Made by a program: the position numbers and the translations under genes. Under the pieces are notes generated by a model. That model ran no database searches. It saw only the letters and a program-made list of their open reading frames with translations, and was not told the origin of the DNA. A DNA stretch of 64,000 nucleotides from Azolla caroliniana (taxonomy: Eukaryota > Plantae > Polypodiophyta), in NCBI GenBank assembly GCA_043228905.1, contig JBHGNT010000012.1:6572001-6636000 (forward strand), read 5' to 3'. Shown piece after piece: positions 50,079 through 61,519 of this stretch. Every line of letters begins with the position of its first letter. Position 1 is the first letter of the stretch.

Positions 50079-53000
50079 TACATAGAGGGGAGAGAGAGAG
50101 AGAGAGAGACTTTTTCTTTTCCATAACAACATTCGCATCGAGCGTGTCAATATTTCAAGAGCTTTCTTTGACCATGGGAGCAAAGGAAGATAATAAGATA
50201 CCATAGAGACCATAATCGATTGAACCACCTTAAGCCGTACATGAAAAGGCCAAATTTGAGACCTCCAATACATAAACTTATCCTCCAACCTTTTGGACAC
50301 CCACTCAATAAGTTTCACATGAGAAACTTCCACCCCAATTGGATATCCAACGTGACGAAAAATCATGCCACGATGTACTATCCTTCTTGACCACCCCAAC
50401 CCCAACACATCTTGTTCTATACATGAAATGAGGGCGGATTTATGTATATTAATTCTCAACCCTGAAGCATTTGAAAACAATTCCCATACATCTCTTGTCT
50501 TACTAATATTTTCCCGATTAGGTGCCAAAAACATAATATGGTCATCTGCTAGAGCTTGAACAATACATGGCTTCCCTGATGGCAACCTTAGTCCAAGCAA
50601 TTCTTCCTCCATAGCCATATTGTGTAACTTAACAAGAATAGGATGTGTCACAATAGTGAATAGGGAAAAGTGCCTTGTCGTGGTTGGCATGGGATCATGT
50701 TTGTACTCCGAAGCGTCTTGGCGGGGCATCAATATTAAATCTATATGAGCATATGGTGGCTCGCCGATTTACTTTCATTCGATTTATGCTTGAAGGTGTA
50801 CAACCTTGGACAGAAATGGTGGCATACTTTATAGAGAAGAACGGAATAAAGCTTGGAAACATGAAGGTTGAAGCAAATTGGTGGAATGTAATTAATTCTG
50901 ATAGGGATGTCAAATGTGCAGGGTCTATGATAGTTGATCATTTGTTGACATCATGGCAAAGTATGTTAGATTTTGTGGAATGGCATCCCCCACAAAAAAG
51001 GGGATGTGCCAATTCATTACAAATGGAGGTTTTGGCGACATCAAGGTTGTTGAAGTGGGAAGGTAAGCAAAATTTTAACCTTCAATTTAATCGGATGGCT
51101 AGATTGGGTTTGGTAACAATTAAGGATGCTATGTTGGTGTCACAAAGAAGATTAATGGCTTTTCGAACAATCAGATCAACATTTCGTATTCCAAAAGGTT
51201 ATACCTTTATTTGGGATAAGTTGCAACAAATACTATCTTCGTATGAGCCAATTCCTTATTTAGATGGGCGATCTCAAGAGCTTGATTGGAGGTTTGTTGG
51301 AAATAAGAGATTGACTATGATCTCAACAAATGTTGCTTATCACACATTGATTAACAAACATAAGTGGTTGGAAGAAAGGGTTATAAAGATATGGGGGTTT
51401 CATAAGCCCATTACTTGGTGGCTTCATGTGATCAAGGCAGGTTGGTGTTCTTGATTAATGCTACGAGCCAAGGTATTTGTTTGGAGAGTTATGATTGGAG
51501 CTTTACCATTGGGGGATGCATTAAAAAAAAGAAACATTACTAAAGGATTGTGTTTCTTTTGTTTGGTAGAATTGGAACATAGTAGGCATCGATTTATTTC
51601 CTGCTTGATGGCAAGGATGGTTTGAAGGTGTATCAGTTTAGTGTGGATGTCTCTAACCGGAGTACGTCTATCTTCCTTCAATTGGGTTTTTGCACATATG
51701 GAGAACAATGAACCAATGCCACATTCTTAAATTATTTTTGAGTTCTTGAGGTATTGGGGGCTATGGTTCAATTGGAATATGCGGAATGCCTTCATTTTTT
51801 ATTCGCAAGTGAGGGTGAGAAAATATGTTCTAAAGTTAAAAGGACTTCTTTTGTGGCAATTGACAGTGCTAGAGAAGTCACGAAATCTCAACCAGGAAGA
51901 GAGAGAACTCTGCAAGGTCACATATCATCATATTCGCCATTTGAATTGGTGTGTAGGGTGGCTTTGAGTTTGGTGTCGTAGTTTTCTTTAGATCCCTAGA
52001 TAGAAGGGGTTCTATAGTTTGTTGTAAGTTAGTCATGGTGGTGTTTTTTCTTTCGTAATGAAAGCTATTATTTACGAAAAAGAGAGAGAGAGAGAGAGAG
52101 AGACTACACAGAGGCGAGAGAGAGAGAGACTACACAGAGGGGAGAGAGAGAGAGAGAGACTACACAGAGGGGGGAGAGAGAGAGAGGGAGAGAATCGAGA
52201 CCACAGACATGAGAGAGAGAGTGGGAGGGAGAGCTTGTACAATGTATACTATATAGTATATAGTGGATCATCTGGATGACTTGGTCTCTAGAGGAGAGCA
52301 CTTAGTTGATATCAATCATATCAAAAAGCTTCTCTCATGATCTCCCAACGACATTATTTCCTCAATCTTCTTTACAAGTTTGGGATGACAGAGTGTAAGC
52401 GCGTCGATACTCCTCTCGATCGAAATCTAAAACTAGATGTTGAGTTTGGCACAGAAGAGTGTGAGCCGACTTTCTATCGTCAACTAGTTGGAAGCCTTAT
52501 TTATCTCACCATTACTCGGCCCAACCTTAGCTACCCGGTCAGCCTCCTTAGCCAATTTATGCAAACACCACAGAACAGTCACTTGGACTATGCTAAGCGA
52601 GTGTTACGTTATGTAAGTGGGATGACAAGCTTCGGCATCCTCTACAAATTGGCCACCAATTCGACTCAAAGGGTACACCAATGCCTATTGGGTTGGCTAC
52701 AAAGCCAACAAATGATCAACATCGAGATTCGCCTTCTCCCTCGGCACCGGAGCCATATTGTGGAGCAATAAGGAGCAGCTGACAATCGCACTATCGAGCA
52801 CAAAAGCCGAATGCAAGGGTGTGGCCGTCGCCGCATGTGAAGCCGTTTGGCTCAAAAGAATATTCAAGGATCTGGGCGTTCCCATCAAGGATCTGATTCT
52901 CCTGTATTAAGACAACATGAGCAGCATCCACTTGGCCCGCAACCCAATATTCCATGCTCGAACTAAGCACATTGAGGTGCATTATCATTTTATTCGAGAG

Positions 53001-55295
53001 CGTGTCCTAGCCAAAGATGTCAACCTGCAACACATCGGCACGAACCTGCAGACGGCTGACATCTTCACAAAGGCCCTGGGCGTAGACAAGTTGCAGCAGT
53101 TCACAATGAACCTAGGTCTCTCAATCACCGACCAACCGAGCTTGAGGAGGTATAAGGAACCGTCCGACACGACGTCAATCGGAGCAGAACCGTGAACAGT
53201 CACGTGAGTGAGCCGACCATCCGAAGCCGAAGTCGACCCGAAGACCAGTCTGAACCAACTATTCGGCGACCAGAAGTTGCGTTTGAAGGGGCGTGTTGAG
53301 AATCAAACTCAACTTCCCTAGTGTGGGAACACACCTTATGAACACCCAAGTGTGTGAACATCCCACCTCCTTTGTATCATAACTAATGTGTCATAGAAGT
53401 TAAGTCCTATGACACATATTTAGTAGGTAGTTAAGTCTCCACCTCTTTTGTAAGAGATGGTTGTAGTGAGAGAACATAAAGAGAAGGTGACTACATAAGC
53501 ACCTTCTCCTCCTCTTTGTAACTGTTGGCTCATTCTTGTTCTTGTTAATACAGTTTTCTGTTTTTCTATATAACACAGTGTTTTCTCTCTCTCTCTCTCT
53601 CGACTAAACAACACATACACGCACCTTTCGCTGCACAGAATCATATCGGATTCTTTACATTTCACATAGGGAATCATCATAGTATCATGCTTTTGGGTTA
53701 CACAAGGCCAATCCCAAATATGCTATAGAACATGTCATATTATGACAGCCTCCGACATGATTTTCAGGAACTTGTTCAAGTCTGCATTAACTTTCAAGAA
53801 CTCCAAAGGGGGATGGAACCACCATGAATGACATTAGGAATGAACTTTGCTTGTTACTTGATCACAGAACCAAACTCATGGAAGTTACATACGGCCAAAT
53901 TAGGAAACAGGCTTAGTTTCCCGTTTCAGCTTTTGCTTTTCATTTTATTTAACTATTTCAGACTTTTTCTTTTTCTTTTTGTTCTACTATCTTAAAATCC
54001 CCAACCTACATGGGGAAGAGAGTACTTTTAACAACTTTCGGTTCAGTGGGTCGGGTTGCTCCACACGGACATTACTATATCATAAGCATCATCTCCCTCT
54101 TCTTGATATATTCCATTTTTATCTTATATCCAACATGTGAATGGTGTTTCAAGTAATGGGCTGTAATTTTGATATCAAAGGTCATTTTGACCTTGGAGAC
54201 ACATTGATTCTGCGCTTCAATTCAACTCATTTCATTTCTCTCATGTTAGAGTTATAGTTGTCTCACCTTCGAGAAGAAGAACTGCTCCATAGAAAAGGTA
54301 CCGATACACGTCCCGATCTCCATTCTTCAGAAGTGAGACAAGAGATCCTACAGTCTCGAAAAGCAGACCTAAGCGTCCACTAAAGTGATGGGTCTTATCA
54401 AAGATATGGGTTAAATGAAACAATTTCCTCATTCTGTTTTACATAGTAATGGATGGAGCAATACCTGACTGCTGGTTCGGTGAAGAATGGAAAGACTTGG
54501 CCAAATATTGGAATAACGGCAAAAGCCTTTCCACGATAAAATACTCCTGGATAATTCTTCACAGTGTGGCAAAGAAGCTTGAGGATTGCGGTAAATTCCC
54601 TTTCTTTCACTGAAAGTAACCAAAAAAGGGTTGTGGAAAAGGGAGAACGAAGGAGAAGAAAAAAAATGAGAAGAATAATGGGTTTTATCTTCTACAGATG
54701 GAAACGAGAAAAGAAGGAAGAGAGATTTCCATCACAGTGGTTATTGAAAACGTAGAAGGAAGAAGAAACACTTTATCTTCCTCAGGATAAGCATGAGAAA
54801 GAAGAAAGAAGAAACGGTTCTGCCAGAGAAACATAAGGAAAAACAGAGAAGAAGGAAGAAATGCATTACTTTTCATCATCGGGGGAAGATGAAGAAAAGA
54901 GAGACGGAATGCATCACCTTTGAGAGAATGAGAAGTAAAAAGGAAAGACGACTGACTCTTTAACCAGAGATGGATGAAGAAAGAATAAATTAAATGTACC
55001 TTCCAACAGAGCAGAATCAACAAGAATCGAGAAGAAAGAAGAAAGTGTTCATGTTTCACACTTCATTGAAGAAGAAGAAGAAGAAGAAGAAGAAGAAATA
55101 GTGGAAAGAAGAGATAGAGTGGTTTTTCTAACCTTTGTTAGGGACGAAGTAGCTATGGAGCAGATTTGGGAGAACAGACCGGAATCGAGCTTCGACGGGG
55201 TCTTCTTCATCTTGCTGAGTGCTGCAGGAAGAATCGCCATTGTTGCTCGCGAGTCTCTCTCCTAAATCCTGCAGAAGGCCGAACAAGTCCGCCAT
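30415..55295 (-). CDS. ATR: Serine/threonine-protein kinase ATR (PIKK family), about 2736 aa
   Basis: 15 GT-AG exons with consistent phases: 55295-55133, 54609-54465, 54379-54267, 41018-40681, 40574-40453, 40366-40222, 40053-39385, 39027-38955, 38886-38592, 38510-37332, 36409-32992, 32904-32347, 31899-31270, 30965-30771, 30582-30415 (exon 8/9 boundaries less certain). Contains an ATR-type N-terminus (EARFRSVLPNLL..YFVP), FAT region, kinase motifs (CKPKDDLRKD, GLGDRHGENI, HVDF, PELVPFRLT) and FATC end (LGRMYIWWMPWF). Confidence 0.97.
36765..37111. mobile_element. Decayed AT-rich MITE-like insertion in ATR intron 10
   Basis: Starts CATAGTTGTTAAAAAACG with AT-rich internal repeats. Flanked by GAATGAAT/GGATGAAT (possible 8-bp TSD); the right TIR is not recognisable. 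Confidence 0.4.
40132..40187 (-). mobile_element. Isolated RTE/RTEX-like LINE 3' tail in ATR intron 6
   Basis: - strand TATGGCCAAATATGGTCTTAGAAGACGTTAATATATCTTTCTTACTTTCTTTC matches the family tail seen at 8675-8740. Confidence 0.75.
41843..46080 (-). mobile_element. Copia element A in ATR intron 3: gag C-terminus, protease, integrase, RT, RNase H and 3' LTR; 5' end lost
   Basis: WYFDSGATKH, TFIDDSSR, SDRGGEY, QNGVAERKNR, YKARLVAKGY, YVDDML and FHARTKHIEV; PPT AAGGGGGATT; LTR 41843-42244 (TGTTGAC..TGAACA) with five about 25-bp repeats at 42097-42227. Confidence 0.92.
49761..52260. mobile_element. hAT-like non-autonomous element (left end only) with GA-rich minisatellite, inserted in Copia B RT
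   Basis: Begins TAGGGATCGGCAACGG with subterminal GGCTC/AGCCG repeats. (GA)nCTACACAGAGG units at 49940-50110 and 52082-52230. Confidence 0.7.
50111..52081 (+). mobile_element. L1-clade LINE insertion with inverted 5' segment (50111-about 50662 on -, about 50663-52081 on +)
   Basis: - segment: LFTIVTHP..ALADD..SGLRINIHKS..MLLWKRK. + segment: GKSALSWLAWDHVCTPKRLGG..zf-RVT-like CFFCLVELEHSRH.FISC, then an A tail. TSD (GA)nCT on both sides. Confidence 0.9.
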
Positions 55296-55354
55296 GGCTG
55301 AGGAAGAAGCTCTGAGGCGAGAGAAGAAGGAAGAAGAAGAAAAAGAAGAAGAAG

Positions 55355-55623
55355 AAACGGAGCCTGTATCTCTTCCCGCGCTTTATACGAATGAGAAGAA
55401 ACGGGGTAGCCCCTTGGCCGTTTCGTCCGTTTCGACCAAAATTCCCAGAATACCCCTGCCGTTTCGGACAGCGTTTCACAAATCTCTTTCTTCTTCTTCT
55501 TTGCTCTATTTCTGAAATGAAAGGTGGAGAAACACAAAGAGTTCCGACAAAGAGAAAGAGAGAGAGAGAGAGAGAGAGAAGAAGAGGGTTTTTGGGGGCT
55601 CTCTCGAAGCGCCCAAAAAACGG
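55355..55623 (-). promoter_or_regulatory. ATR proximal promoter: TATAAA (55387-55382) abutting an E2F-like GCGCGGGAAG, and six AAACGG motifs
   Basis: AAACGG/CCGTTT at 55355, 55399, 55418, 55427, 55459 and 55618; TTCCCGCG at 55373-55380. Confidence 0.45.
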
Positions 55624-55732
55624 ATGTTTCCGGAAACGAAGGGGGGGGGGGGAGAAGAGAGGAGAGAAGACTTGTGGATTACCCCAAAAGAAAAAGGAAA
55701 ATGGTCGAAAACCATTATCTCCTGAAAGCTTG

Positions 55733-56020
55733 GCCCCAACAAGAGCTTGACGGAAAGGGGTCCTAAGGAGCTAACACATGTCTCCTGAAAAAGCCCACCT
55801 CTCTCCTAACATGAGCTTCACGGAAATTATCCCGAAGAGCTAATTCATGTCTCCAGAAAAAGCCCACCTCTCCCCCAACATGAGCTTCACGGAAAGGATC
55901 CCAAGGAGCTAACGCATATTTCCGGAAAAAAACCCACTTCTCCCCCAACATGAGCTTGATGGAAAGGATCGTGAGGAGGTGAAATGATCCGAAACCGTGT
56001 CTCCTAAAAAAAGCCCACCA
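55733..56020. repeat. About 70-bp tandem repeat, about 4 copies, between ATR and the divergent gene
   Basis: AACATGAGCTT..GGAAA..GAGCTAA..TGTCTCC.GAAAAAGCCCACC at 55738, 55808, 55877 and 55947. Confidence 0.85.
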
Positions 56021-57405
56021 CAACATTTGTTTCTCGAGACAAGGAAGACAAGCGTGTAGGACACATGCAAGCAAGTGATTTGGAAATGATATCATCCAAA
56101 CGCCCATCAAGCCAAAACATGTTCCTAAGAGTAACAAAAGCTTTGTTTTCCTCCCGCAATATGGGTAGCATATCTATTTATTTAGTGTTATTTATGACCT
56201 TTCTTCCCTCACTAATAACTAATCTCTCATCTCCAATCTTACATTTTGTCCGATCCAATGAGTTTTTATAGGGCCTTAATTCATGTCCACCACAGACGAT
56301 TGCATGCACACATTCTTTTACCTATCATGATAACATATTTCTCATGTGCCCTCGTCGTTTTTTGTGTGCCAATGCCATGTTATCTATATAATCAAACAAA
56401 GTCTTTTACTTCATAGGCCTATTATTCCACTCAAGTTTATTTCGTTTATGAACTCATGTTTTTGTATGTGTGTCCAATGATCTTATACCACATCAAAGAC
56501 AAACAATCCAAAACCTCCAAAGCTATATCTCGCATTCCATGTAGAAGCCTTTCAAGCATTTGCATGCCAAAACTCAATGTCAACAACTACATTCTATGAT
56601 CTCAAAATGTTATTGTGAAAAAAAAGACACAACATCACATCATCAACTTGGATCTGCATCTGGGCACTCAGGCTAAACATAACCTTACTTCATTTTCAAC
56701 ACTAGAGGGTTCGAAAGCACGTGTTCAGTTCATAAAGCGATCACAAAATCAGATCATCAACACAAACCTCACAAAAAACGTTATTGCATTTTGCGACACT
56801 AATGATACCGTGTTCATGCCGTTGACAAACATGGATATTATCCATCGAATCCGATAGCCTAACTTGACATTTATTTATTTTTACTTGGTGGGGCGGATGG
56901 GATTCACGAGCATATATGTCCATGATCCATCGGGCATTGGTTGACGCAAGGCAGGCAGGGGACGCATGAAACCTCATTGGCGTGGGCAGGTGGGCGATCA
57001 ACGATCACTCCCGATGACAACAGGGAAGGAGGTCCGCAAGTTAAAGCAGAGTGTTTTGCAGTGCCGAGTCTGTGGTCACGTACCGATCGCCCTTGGCTTG
57101 ACTGGTGGGCCTGAGTCTGTGTTCAGGAAGGATGTCAGCGAGCGAAAAGCGAATGGGTTCTGCAGTGCCGAATCTATAGTCACGTGTCGACCGCCTGGCC
57201 TGACCGGGGCCGAGTGTGTGTTCTGGTGATCCATCCAGTGAACTCCCATTGGCCAAGGAAAGGATATGGTCTCTCTCTCTCTCTCTCTCTCTCTCACTCA
57301 CTCACTTCATAAGGTATGGTATGAACAAAATCGCCCAGAAAGGAGGATCAGGAAGAAAATATCTATCCATCTTTTCTCCTCTCTCTCCTTCGCCCCTGTG
57401 CAGCC

Positions 57406-58239
57406 ATGGCTTCCATAGAAAGCTTCACAACCATAGTAGCTGCAACAGACAACAACAGCATGCAACCTCAGCTACAACAGAGGCGCCCTCTCTCAACCAT
57501 ATCTGCTTCATCTTCATCATTGTCTTTGTCTTCGTCGACTTCTTCTTCTTCTTCTTCGTCTTCTCGAGGTAGGCCATCTCTCTTCAAATCCTCCTTCCTT
57601 TCCTCGCTGAACACCTTGACCCAAGTCAGGAGTCATGGAAACAGTCCCAAGAGTAGTAGTTACAGTAGACATGGAAGGAAACCTTACCTGTTAAAGGCAT
57701 CAAGGAGTGCCTTAATAGGGGAGGAGCCAGAATGGAGTGAAGATGACTATGTAGTACTAGGATTGGCACATTGTTTTGAGCAAGAAGAGGGAGGGAAGAT
57801 CCAAGACCTATTCCTGATCGAGCCCGTGGGGGCAAGCTCCTTAGAATGTATGGATAATGGTGGGGCCACATCATACCTATATGTGACCGCGACCACATTG
57901 GGGAAGTCCCTCGCATATGACCTCTCGGTCTTGCCCCCCGAATTCTCGAAAGGCAAGTTTTGCGAGGATTTCGAGTTCCGGCTCAGGTGCACAGCCCGGA
58001 CATGGAAGCGGGATCACGCGATGAAGAACCTGATGCGGCTCGCCCCCTCCGATGGCTCCGTCCGCTCCGATTTCAACTTCTCTCTTGTCGACAAACGTAT
58101 CGTCAACAAGGTCTATGAAGTCACCGATGCCGATAACATCAAGCAAGACTTGAGCATCGATGTGTATGGGAGGAAGCAAGACGAGGCCGCGGCTTCGGAC
58201 GAATCTTCGGCTCAAGTCGCCAGTCTCTATAATGCGTAA
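57406..58239 (+). CDS. Putative chloroplast protein of unknown function (277 aa) resembling a cyanobacterial conserved hypothetical family
   Basis: Single exon with a Ser-rich MAS.. transit-peptide-like N-terminus and an ordered C-terminal domain (DDYVVLGLAHCF..IEPV..TSY..ATTLG..FCEDF..R..ARTWKR..FNFS..KRIVN..DNIKQ). CT-rich 5' leader and a CACGTG G-box at 57181. Confidence 0.85.
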   Translation: MASIESFTTIVAATDNNSMQPQLQQRRPLSTISASSSSLSLSSSTSSSSSSSSRGRPSLFKSSFLSSLNTLTQVRSHGNSPKSSSYSRHGRKPYLLKASRSALIGEEPEWSEDDYVVLGLAHCFEQEEGGKIQDLFLIEPVGASSLECMDNGGATSYLYVTATTLGKSLAYDLSVLPPEFSKGKFCEDFEFRLRCTARTWKRDHAMKNLMRLAPSDGSVRSDFNFSLVDKRIVNKVYEVTDADNIKQDLSIDVYGRKQDEAAASDESSAQVASLYNA

Positions 58240-59759
58240 AAACTGCCCCCCCCCATTACCCATTACCCCTACTTGAATCTCTTTTTGGCTAGTCAATCTC
58301 TTTTCGGTCTCTCTTCTTGTTGGCCGCAAACTTTTTGATTTTATTCTAGGGAAGAGCCGTCATCGTCCTTCATCTATATGGATTTGTTCTCCTCATGGGG
58401 ATACATGACATGTGTATGTGCTAAGTCAAGTTTCCAGAAAGCTCACGATTTTTTGTTGTTGTTGCTTTTTCGAGTTTTTCCATACAAGAAGATTTTATTT
58501 TTCATTGTAGTAAAGACTTTTGATTCATTATGGTGGATGTTTGTTTCCATCTGCTTGCCATGTTAGGAACTTGATCTACATGTGTACATAGCTACCTATC
58601 TACCAATTGGTCGTTTATTTTTTGTATGTTAGGATTTCATCGATGAATGTATGTGATTGTTTGTTTGTGTAATCTGCATTGTCTGAGCTCGATGCCTCAT
58701 GTAATGATATTTATTGTCTTTGCCATGGGCCAAAAAATAAAACTCAATGATGAGTGGATTTGCTTGTTTCTGAAACTTGTGACAGCAAAACATTTCTTGA
58801 GCTTGTCATCATCATGTTTTGATATATATATATATATATTCCCCTGTAACCATCTTGAAAGAGATTCTGTTTTCATAGTCAGAAGGCGTTATAATCATGT
58901 GGTAATTTTTAACTTCTTATTTACTATCTTTTTCTAACCTTGTGTTCTTTTCATAGTAAAGGATATTTTTTGAGCTTGTCTCATGATGCAGTAATACTCT
59001 TGTCTTTGCCATGCTCAAATGCTAAGAAATCAACCGGTTTTGTAGTATAGGATTTACATTCGATTAGTGGATCTTAATTTTTCGAGAGGCATTTTGCTTT
59101 CTGTGATTCATTGTACTTAGATACCTACCTCCATAACTTGTTATGCATTTTGCTTTGTATGTTTCCTTTTGCTTGGGTACCTATCTCAGTAACTTGATAT
59201 AAAATCTATTCATCATCCACATAGATATTGTGGATGTCAATGTATGTATGTGTTTGTTTGCGAGCTTGACATTGTTATAGCTTGTTGGCTCATGTAATTA
59301 TATTTATCTTCTTTTCCATGCTCTAAGATTTTGTTTTCTTTGTGAAGGCTATCGGATTCGAACCGATAACCTGTTTTTGATTCATAACAATGAACTAGTT
59401 TCCCACTTGCCATGCTGCAAACTTGACTTGCATGCAAATACAAACATACATAGGTTGAGATTTTTGGGATATTCTTATCAACAGCCAACTAAGTGTCTTA
59501 CAATATACACACTCTTTTATTGGACTTATCATCTTAGGTGCAAGAATCACACATCTTTTCGATTTTAAATTCAAGATGCTTTGCTCTTTTGCTTGTTAAT
59601 ACCATCATAAAGGGTGCGTCATCTAGTTGCAAAAATATGCACTCCTCTTAGTTCACCTTTGTTTGTTGGAACAAGTGTACAGACAAATGAAAGGAATGAA
59701 GGCACATAGAAAGAGTGCACAATATTAAGCAAATGCAAAAATAGTTTGGTAAACTTTGT

Positions 59760-60205
59760 TGTCCACAATGCTATTATATGCTATGTCCAAACCATATGAG
59801 GATAAATGATTTTTTTTATTGTGTTGATCTAACTAGTGACTCAAGAAGTTTAGCTATTCTGCTTACATCTACAAGACCAACAATTGTAAGGTATAACATA
59901 TAAAGGTCATGAATCAATTTCGAAGGTGGACCTAACCACCAAACGCATAAAACCTTTTAACTCCCTTATACGATGTCCACAATACTATTATATGTTATGC
60001 CCAAATCATAAAACATATGAGGATAAATGATCTTTTCTATCATTTTGATCTACCTAGCAACTCAAGAAGTTTAGCTATTCTGTTTACATCTACAAGACCA
60101 ACAACCGCAAGCCATAACATATAAAGGTCATGAATAAATTTCGAAGGCGGCCTTGACCCCTAACCACCAAATGCATAAAACCTTTTAACTCCCTCATATG
60201 ATGTC
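59760..60205. repeat. About 215-230-bp diverged tandem duplication
   Basis: GTCCACAAT.CTATTATATG..CTCAAGAAGTTTAGCTATTCTG..CCTTTTAACTCCC occurs twice. Confidence 0.85.
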
Positions 60206-61519
60206 TTTGTTAAAGGCCTAAGTGGAAGGAAAACATGTCTGGTCTAAGAAACAAATGGGCAAGAAAATTATGAATTTGGAGATGAGTGACTCATGTATTT
60301 TGGACATTTATGGGTCTAATGCATGACCAAATTGCTTATTGAATGAAACATTGACAATTCACGCAATGTTCTCTATTCTAAACTACATTGCTTGCATATG
60401 GTACTTGACTAGGGGAGGCAATGTTAATGTTTGCAACACTTGGATTGTGCCAAGGTAGACAAATATTACACGAATGATGGGCTACATACTAAAGGAAGCT
60501 CAAATAGGACAAATAATTGAGTCACTCGAATTATGCAAAACTTGGGAAAAACCATGTGCTCAATATGTATGGAATACACAAAGTATAGTTGATAATTGGG
60601 ATTGTGTGAGGGGGTGACAACATTAGGAAGTGACATCTAGTTTGCCCTTGGTCCAAATGTAACAAAGATAGTATTTTCCTTAGAGAATGTTGTATTGGAT
60701 GATGGAAATATGTAAACAATGCATTCTAGACACATTAATCACACCCATTTGGTCAAAGCCATGTAACATGATCCAATTTCCAAAGGTTAACGAAAAATAA
60801 TACTTAAAATTTCGAGAAAAGATAGCTAATAGAAACTCTCGCCACAATGCATTATGTATCTTTGGATATATTCAAGTCCCTTTGTAGTCATGGATAGGTT
60901 CTATACATATGTCATCACTTCTTGCTCTCTTAATGAATACACCAAACATATAATATGATGTTTACAATAGGTTGGTTTTGCACCCTTGGGTTGTGGGACA
61001 TGTATTTGCAAAGTTGTATTTGAGTAAGAAAGAGCACATTTTCATGTTATTTCAGAAGAAAAAACCATGAAGGTCTTGTGTAGGTATGGCTGATTCGGTC
61101 TTGTTGTAGCTCAATTTCTTGGCCTTGAACCAAACTGAACCAAACCATTTATACATAACAAAAACCAAATCAGTTTAAGAATCACCAATCCATTCAAACC
61201 ATACTACTTAGACCCAACGCAATTAAACCAAATGATTTAAGGAAAAGGTGAAACCAATCCAAGCCGTTTGAATCAAATTAATTATACATTTGAGTTGTAA
61301 AACAATTTGATAAACTGTTAAGCAGAAATATCAAGCCATTAAACTAGAAAATTATATTGCTAAACCAAAAATTAAACCATTAAACTAGTTTTCATACATA
61401 TATTATTAAAACCCAAAAAATTAAATACACACAAATTCCAACATCCAAACATGAATGCCCGAGTGCCAACACTTGAAAGTTGAACACTTGAACACTTGAG
61501 CACCTAAACGTGAACATCC

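Larger units (their letters stand above)
46081..53659 (+). mobile_element. Copia element B in ATR intron 3 (same family as 18294-21297); 5' LTR lost, interrupted at 49761-52260
   Basis: gag remnants, WFVDSGASNHM, HSDVWG..TFIDDFSR, QMDVKNTFL and FHARTKHIEVHYHF; PPT TTTGAAGGGGCG; 3' LTR 53294-53659 (TGTTGAGAATCAAAC..CTTTACA). Confidence 0.92.

Noticed and set aside
61081-61420. Possible decayed hAT end (TAGGTATGG.. with AACCA repeats)
   Set aside because: No matching second TIR or TSD is visible; too degenerate to call.
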